From the NCBI GenBank assembly GCA_002269645.1, contig NIVC01004303.1:1-51261 (forward strand): a stretch of DNA of 51,261 nucleotides, written 5' to 3'. The notes under the pieces are model-generated. The model was not told the DNA's origin. It did no database searches and was given only the letters and a program-made list of their open reading frames with translations. The stretch is from Macrostomum lignano (taxonomy: Eukaryota). Below are positions 46,775 through 51,261 of the stretch, in pieces; the first letter of the stretch is position 1; every line of letters begins with the position of its first letter. A program made the translations under genes and the position numbers.

Positions 46775-47205
46775 ATTAACATGAAGTCACCTATAGATGT
46801 GCCCTGAAGCAGCCATGAAGTCCCCTGAAGCCTCCCTGAAGCAGCCATGAAGTCCCCTGAATCAGCCATGAAGTCCCCCTGAAGCCTCCCTGAAGAAGCC
46901 ATGAAGGCACCTGAAGCAGCCATGAAGTCCCCCTGAAGAAGCCATGAAGTCACCCTAAAGCAGCCATGAAGTCACCCTGAAGCAGCCATGAAGTCACCCT
47001 GAAGCAGCCATGAAGTCCCCCTGAAGTAGCCATGAAGTCACCTTGAAGTCCCTGTGAAGCAGCGATGAAGGCATCCTGAAGTCCCCTGAAGTAGCCATGA
47101 AGTCACCCTGAAGTCTCCCTGAAGCAGCCACGAAGTCTCCCTGAAGCAGCCATGAAGTCACCCTGAAGTCACCATGAAGCCTCGCTTAAGAAGTCCTGAA
47201 GTCTC
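46775..47205. repeat. ~22-bp minisatellite (ccctgaagcagccatgaagtca) just after the stop codon
   Basis: Degenerate tandem array. Confidence 0.9.
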
Positions 47206-47744
47206 TCTGAAGCCGCCAAGAACTCTCCTTACAACCAGCCTTTGGAATTCAATAACCAAAAATTGCCAAGCCTGTTAATTCGAGCTACAAACGACTCCCG
47301 GACAACGAGAAGAAGAAACCTGCTGCATAAATCATTTTGTTAAGCGCCTGCTATCAAGGTAAGAATCAGTGATGATTTTCAAGCCATCATAAAGTTACTA
47401 AGATGTCAATAATTGTGAATGAATTTCAGAATTCGAGGTCATATAACCAACGCTGCTGTTCGCTTGTGACGTTGCTTGGTCTGGCGCTCTCGCATTCTTC
47501 ATAAATATAGTAGTGTGAAGACTATTTTCGGAAAATAGCTTAAAATGACGCGTGCGTATTCTGTCGTTTGAATCAATTTGTAAATTTCCTGCTCCCTTAA
47601 CCAACTGTGAAATATGTTATGCATCTTCGTCATCATTTCATTAATTGATTGATTGTTCCTCTATATGTAATATTTTTTTATTGTTTTTTTTTTTGAACTA
47701 AGTTATATAAAAGTTTTTCTTCAACAATAATATAAACTTCCGAC

Positions 47745-48318
47745 GTTAAAATTAGTGACGCCAAAATCCAGAATTAGTGGCGCCAAAATCCCAGAATTAG
47801 TGGCGCCAAAATCCCAGAATTATTTGCGCCAACATCCAGAATTAGTGGCGAAAACATCCAGAATTAGTGGCGCCAAAATCCAGAATTAGTGGCGCTAACA
47901 TCCGGAATTAATGGCGCCAACATCCAGAATTAGTGGCGCCAAAATCCAGAATTAGTGGCGCCAAAATCCAGAATTAGTGGCGCCAACATCCAGAATTAGT
48001 GGCGCCAACATCCAGAATTAGTGGCGCCAACATCCAGAATTAGTGGCGCCAACATCCGGAATTAGTGGCGCCAACATCCAGAATTAGTGGCGCCAACATC
48101 CGGAATTAGTGGCGCCAAAATCCAGAATTAGTGGCGCCAACATCCAGAATTAGTGGCGCCAAAATCCAGAATTAGTGGCGCTAACATCCGGAATTAATGG
48201 CGCCAACATCCAGAATTAGTGGCGCCAAAATCCAGAATTAGTGGCGCCAACATCCGGAATTAGTGGCGCCAAAATCCAGAATTAGTGGCGCTAACATCCA
48301 GAATTAGTGGCGCTAACA
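47745..48318. repeat. 22-bp minisatellite (ccagaattagtggcgccaacat), ~25 copies
   Basis: Visible tandem array. Confidence 0.95.
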
Positions 48319-49002
48319 GTCCACTGTTTCGAAGAGTTCATCAGTAAATTTATTTTTTCTTAATTAACTTTTCTTTGAACTGATTTTGGCTTCTGTAGTT
48401 CATTAGCAGCATTAGCAACGCGCGGGCGGACTATTTAAACAGCTAATTAATAACATTTCAATACATGTTTCGATCCAATTGATTTGTCTCAATATCCCTT
48501 TTAAAGTCTATTAGAATCTTTCACGCAGTTCTCACTGTCACCGGACACTTCCTGTTATATTAGTAATACTACTATATATACTACTGCTTATAATATTCGG
48601 TTGTATACCTGACTACCGTGCGTTCAATTTACCTTAATTATGTATAAATAATCATACAGAAACCAAGTTTTTTGTGCGTTCTTCATCGACTTGACCCGAG
48701 GAGGGTAATTGTCAAATTTTGCGCTGCTTTTTCGGCCAAATTTGGGTGGGAATGTCACTATTTTTGCTGCTCCTAATGACGATTATATATTGCTACCAAT
48801 TATAATTAATAATTCAGATTCTAGCAGATGATTTGGTAATCTCGAATTTTTTTCTAATCCAGAAGCTCCGTCAATATGCAGCTGTTTCAAATATTTATTG
48901 GCATAAATTATCAGCTGCCTTGCTGTACGCCTCAGCCTCCTCCTTTGGAGCAAAAATCTGGTTGATGATGCTGTGTTTCTGTTCGTGCTTTTATGTCATT
49001 AC

Positions 49003-50030
49003 CTCAGTGACATTCCAGTGCCATTATCAAGCATTGGATAGTGAGTTTCAAGTGCCATTATCAAGCATTGGATAGTGACATTCCAGTGCCATTATCAAGC
49101 ATTGGATAGTGACATTCCAGTGCCATTATCAAGCATTGGATAGTGACATTCCAGTGCCATTATCAAGCATTGGATAGTGAGTTTCAAGTGCCATTATCAA
49201 GCATTGGATAGTGGCATTCCAGTGCCATTATCAGGCATTGGATAGTGACATTCCAGTGAAATTATCAGGCATTGGATAGTAGCATTCCAGTGCCATTATC
49301 ATGCATTGGATAGTGAGTTTCAAGTGCCATTATTAAGCATTGGATAGTAGCATTCCAGTGCCATTATCATGCATTGGATAGTGAGTTTCAAGTGCCATTA
49401 TTAAGCATTGGATAGTAGCATTCCAGTGCCATTATCAGGCATTGGATAGTAAGATTCCAGTGCCATTATCAAGCATTGGATAGTGAGATTCCAGTGCCAT
49501 TATCAAGCATTGGATAGTGAGATTCCAGTGCCATTATCAAACATTGGATAGTGAGATTCCAGTGCCATTATCAAGCATTGGATAGTAACATTCCAGTGCC
49601 ATTATCAAGCATTGGATAGTGAGATTCCAGTGCCATTATCAAGCATTGGATAGTGAGATTCCAGTGCCATTATCAAGCATTGGATAGTGAGATTCCAGTG
49701 CCATTATCAAGCATTGGATAGTAACATTCCAGTGCCATTATCAAACATTGGATAGTGAGATTCCAGTGCCATTATCAAACATTGGATAGTGAGATTCCAG
49801 TGCCATTATCAAGCATTGGATAGTGAGATTCCAGTGCCATTATCAAGCATTGGATAGTGAGATTCCAGTGCCATTATCAAACATTGGATAGTGAGATTCC
49901 AGTGCCATTATCAAGCATTGGATAGTGAGATTCCAGTGCCATTATCAAGCATTGGTTAGTGACATTCCAGTGCCATTATCAAGATCGGATAGTGGTATTC
50001 CAGTGCCATTATCAGGCGTTGGATAGTGAA
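49003..50030. repeat. 34-bp minisatellite (gtgccattatcaagcattggatagtgagattcca), ~30 copies
   Basis: Visible tandem array. Confidence 0.96.
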
Positions 50031-51126
50031 GTTCTTGTGCAAATCATCGCAGACTCCTGCTCACGAGCCTTATCCCACTAAACAGTTGGTGCTGGAGAGA
50101 TTTACTAATTTAGTTCGATTTGAGGTCACCCGCGAGGTCACATCAGCAGAATTACTTTGGATTCCCCTATCTTCCACGAGCTCAGCTCTCGCAGTCCGCC
50201 TTATTGCGCAAGACCGGCAGATTACGCAATCCTGAAGTTTTCTTTTTGGACGCGAAATGCAATTTCGGGTTTGATTGGATTTTCGCGGATGCCTTTGTGC
50301 TCCGACCGGCACTGGATCTTTTTTCTTTAACTCAATATTCTTTATCTCTCGGGAGCTGCAGTTCTGGTAGAAGCATGCGTCAAACCTCGTGCGGTCAGAG
50401 TCGGTCAGCAGCGGTCAGGTCAGCCTAAACCAGCATCTTCCTCTGCTCAGTTCTCTTCATCTCATCCACTGAGCCTCCGGCTGCAGTCACGAAATTTCCG
50501 GCTTTGAGACCTGAATTAGAATTAGCTGATTGATTGAAGCTTTGATGAGATGGACGGTGCTTTTGGGACTGGTCTTGAGCGGATTAAAGCACTGAAGCAA
50601 CCTTTTGTACATGTAGACCTCAACTTTCAGGTTCAGTCTTTTTGTGCCTTCATTAAAGTTGACAAAATATTTGGATTTGCATCGATTTAATCGTGAACAT
50701 TTTTGTCTTGGGCATCGCTGATGTTTTCATTTCTTTGCATTCGCCTTGAACTCGCGGCCTTCCTGCATCTGCAGAATTACAGTACTATAATGTATACTCG
50801 CATTATCGCGGTTTGAGTAGTGCTGAAAGCGTGTTTTAGGCTGCTTTGCTATAATTTTGTTTCATTAAGTTCGTTAAGTTGAGTCAACACAACCTCACAT
50901 CTTATATCTCAGATAGTTCATTTATTCCCTCTCCACTGCCGGGATTGGAAGTTAGGAATTTTGTATTCCCCATGCATTGCCATGGACGAGTTATTTTTAA
51001 GGCCACTTGATGTTTCCCCTCAGAGGTCATCCAGGCTCAGGGCTCACTGTCTTAATCATCAACTCAAGTTACATGTACATGTAAAATATCCCATCTTGGA
51101 TTTCGCAAGACCTGAGCACAGTAGGA

Positions 51127-51261
51127 ACCATGGCTCGGCTTTAATTTTGGGGTGAACCAGGGCTCGGCTTTTGGAGTGAACCAGGGCTCGGCTTTTGGGG
51201 TGAACCAGTTCTCGGCTTTTGGGTGAACCAGGGCTCGCTTTTGAGTGAACCAGGGCTTGAT
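51127..51261. repeat. ~24-bp minisatellite (gggtgaaccagggctcggcttttg), truncated by the window end
   Basis: About 5 degenerate copies. Confidence 0.85.

Noticed and set aside
50430-50490. Possible terminal exon of a minus-strand gene
   Set aside because: Short frame with no recognisable protein and no partner exon in the window.

Overview
Eukaryotic (animal) genomic DNA with GC-rich spliced exons and AT-rich, repeat-filled introns. The style resembles the flatworm Macrostomum, but that is an unverified inference. Two head-to-head genes can be built by hand from GT-AG introns. (1) A 6-exon FAM47E-like gene on the minus strand (10600->6740, 477 aa, all phases consistent). (2) A 10-coding-exon SLK/STK10-type Ste20 kinase on the plus strand (13296->46692, about 1460 aa). 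It has a 21-kb intron 7 and a 1-nt phase conflict at its last exon. About half the window is tandem repeat, and almost every kinase intron carries its own minisatellite; the largest is a 6.8-kb satellite with higher-order structure. There are also two CORE-type tRNA-SINEs, a probable MITE and a Tc1-like transposase remnant. The most notable signal lies inside intron 7: a 905-nt reading frame (27432-28336). It is preceded by twin CCAAT boxes, starts with an N-myristoylation motif, and ends in a phase-2 donor that joins exon 8 in frame, predicting a kinase-less, membrane-anchored coiled-coil isoform. Five near-perfect RFX X-boxes in the same gene suggest ciliary control of internal promoters. 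There is no CRISPR array or prokaryotic system, and most long ORFs in the track are repeat artefacts.
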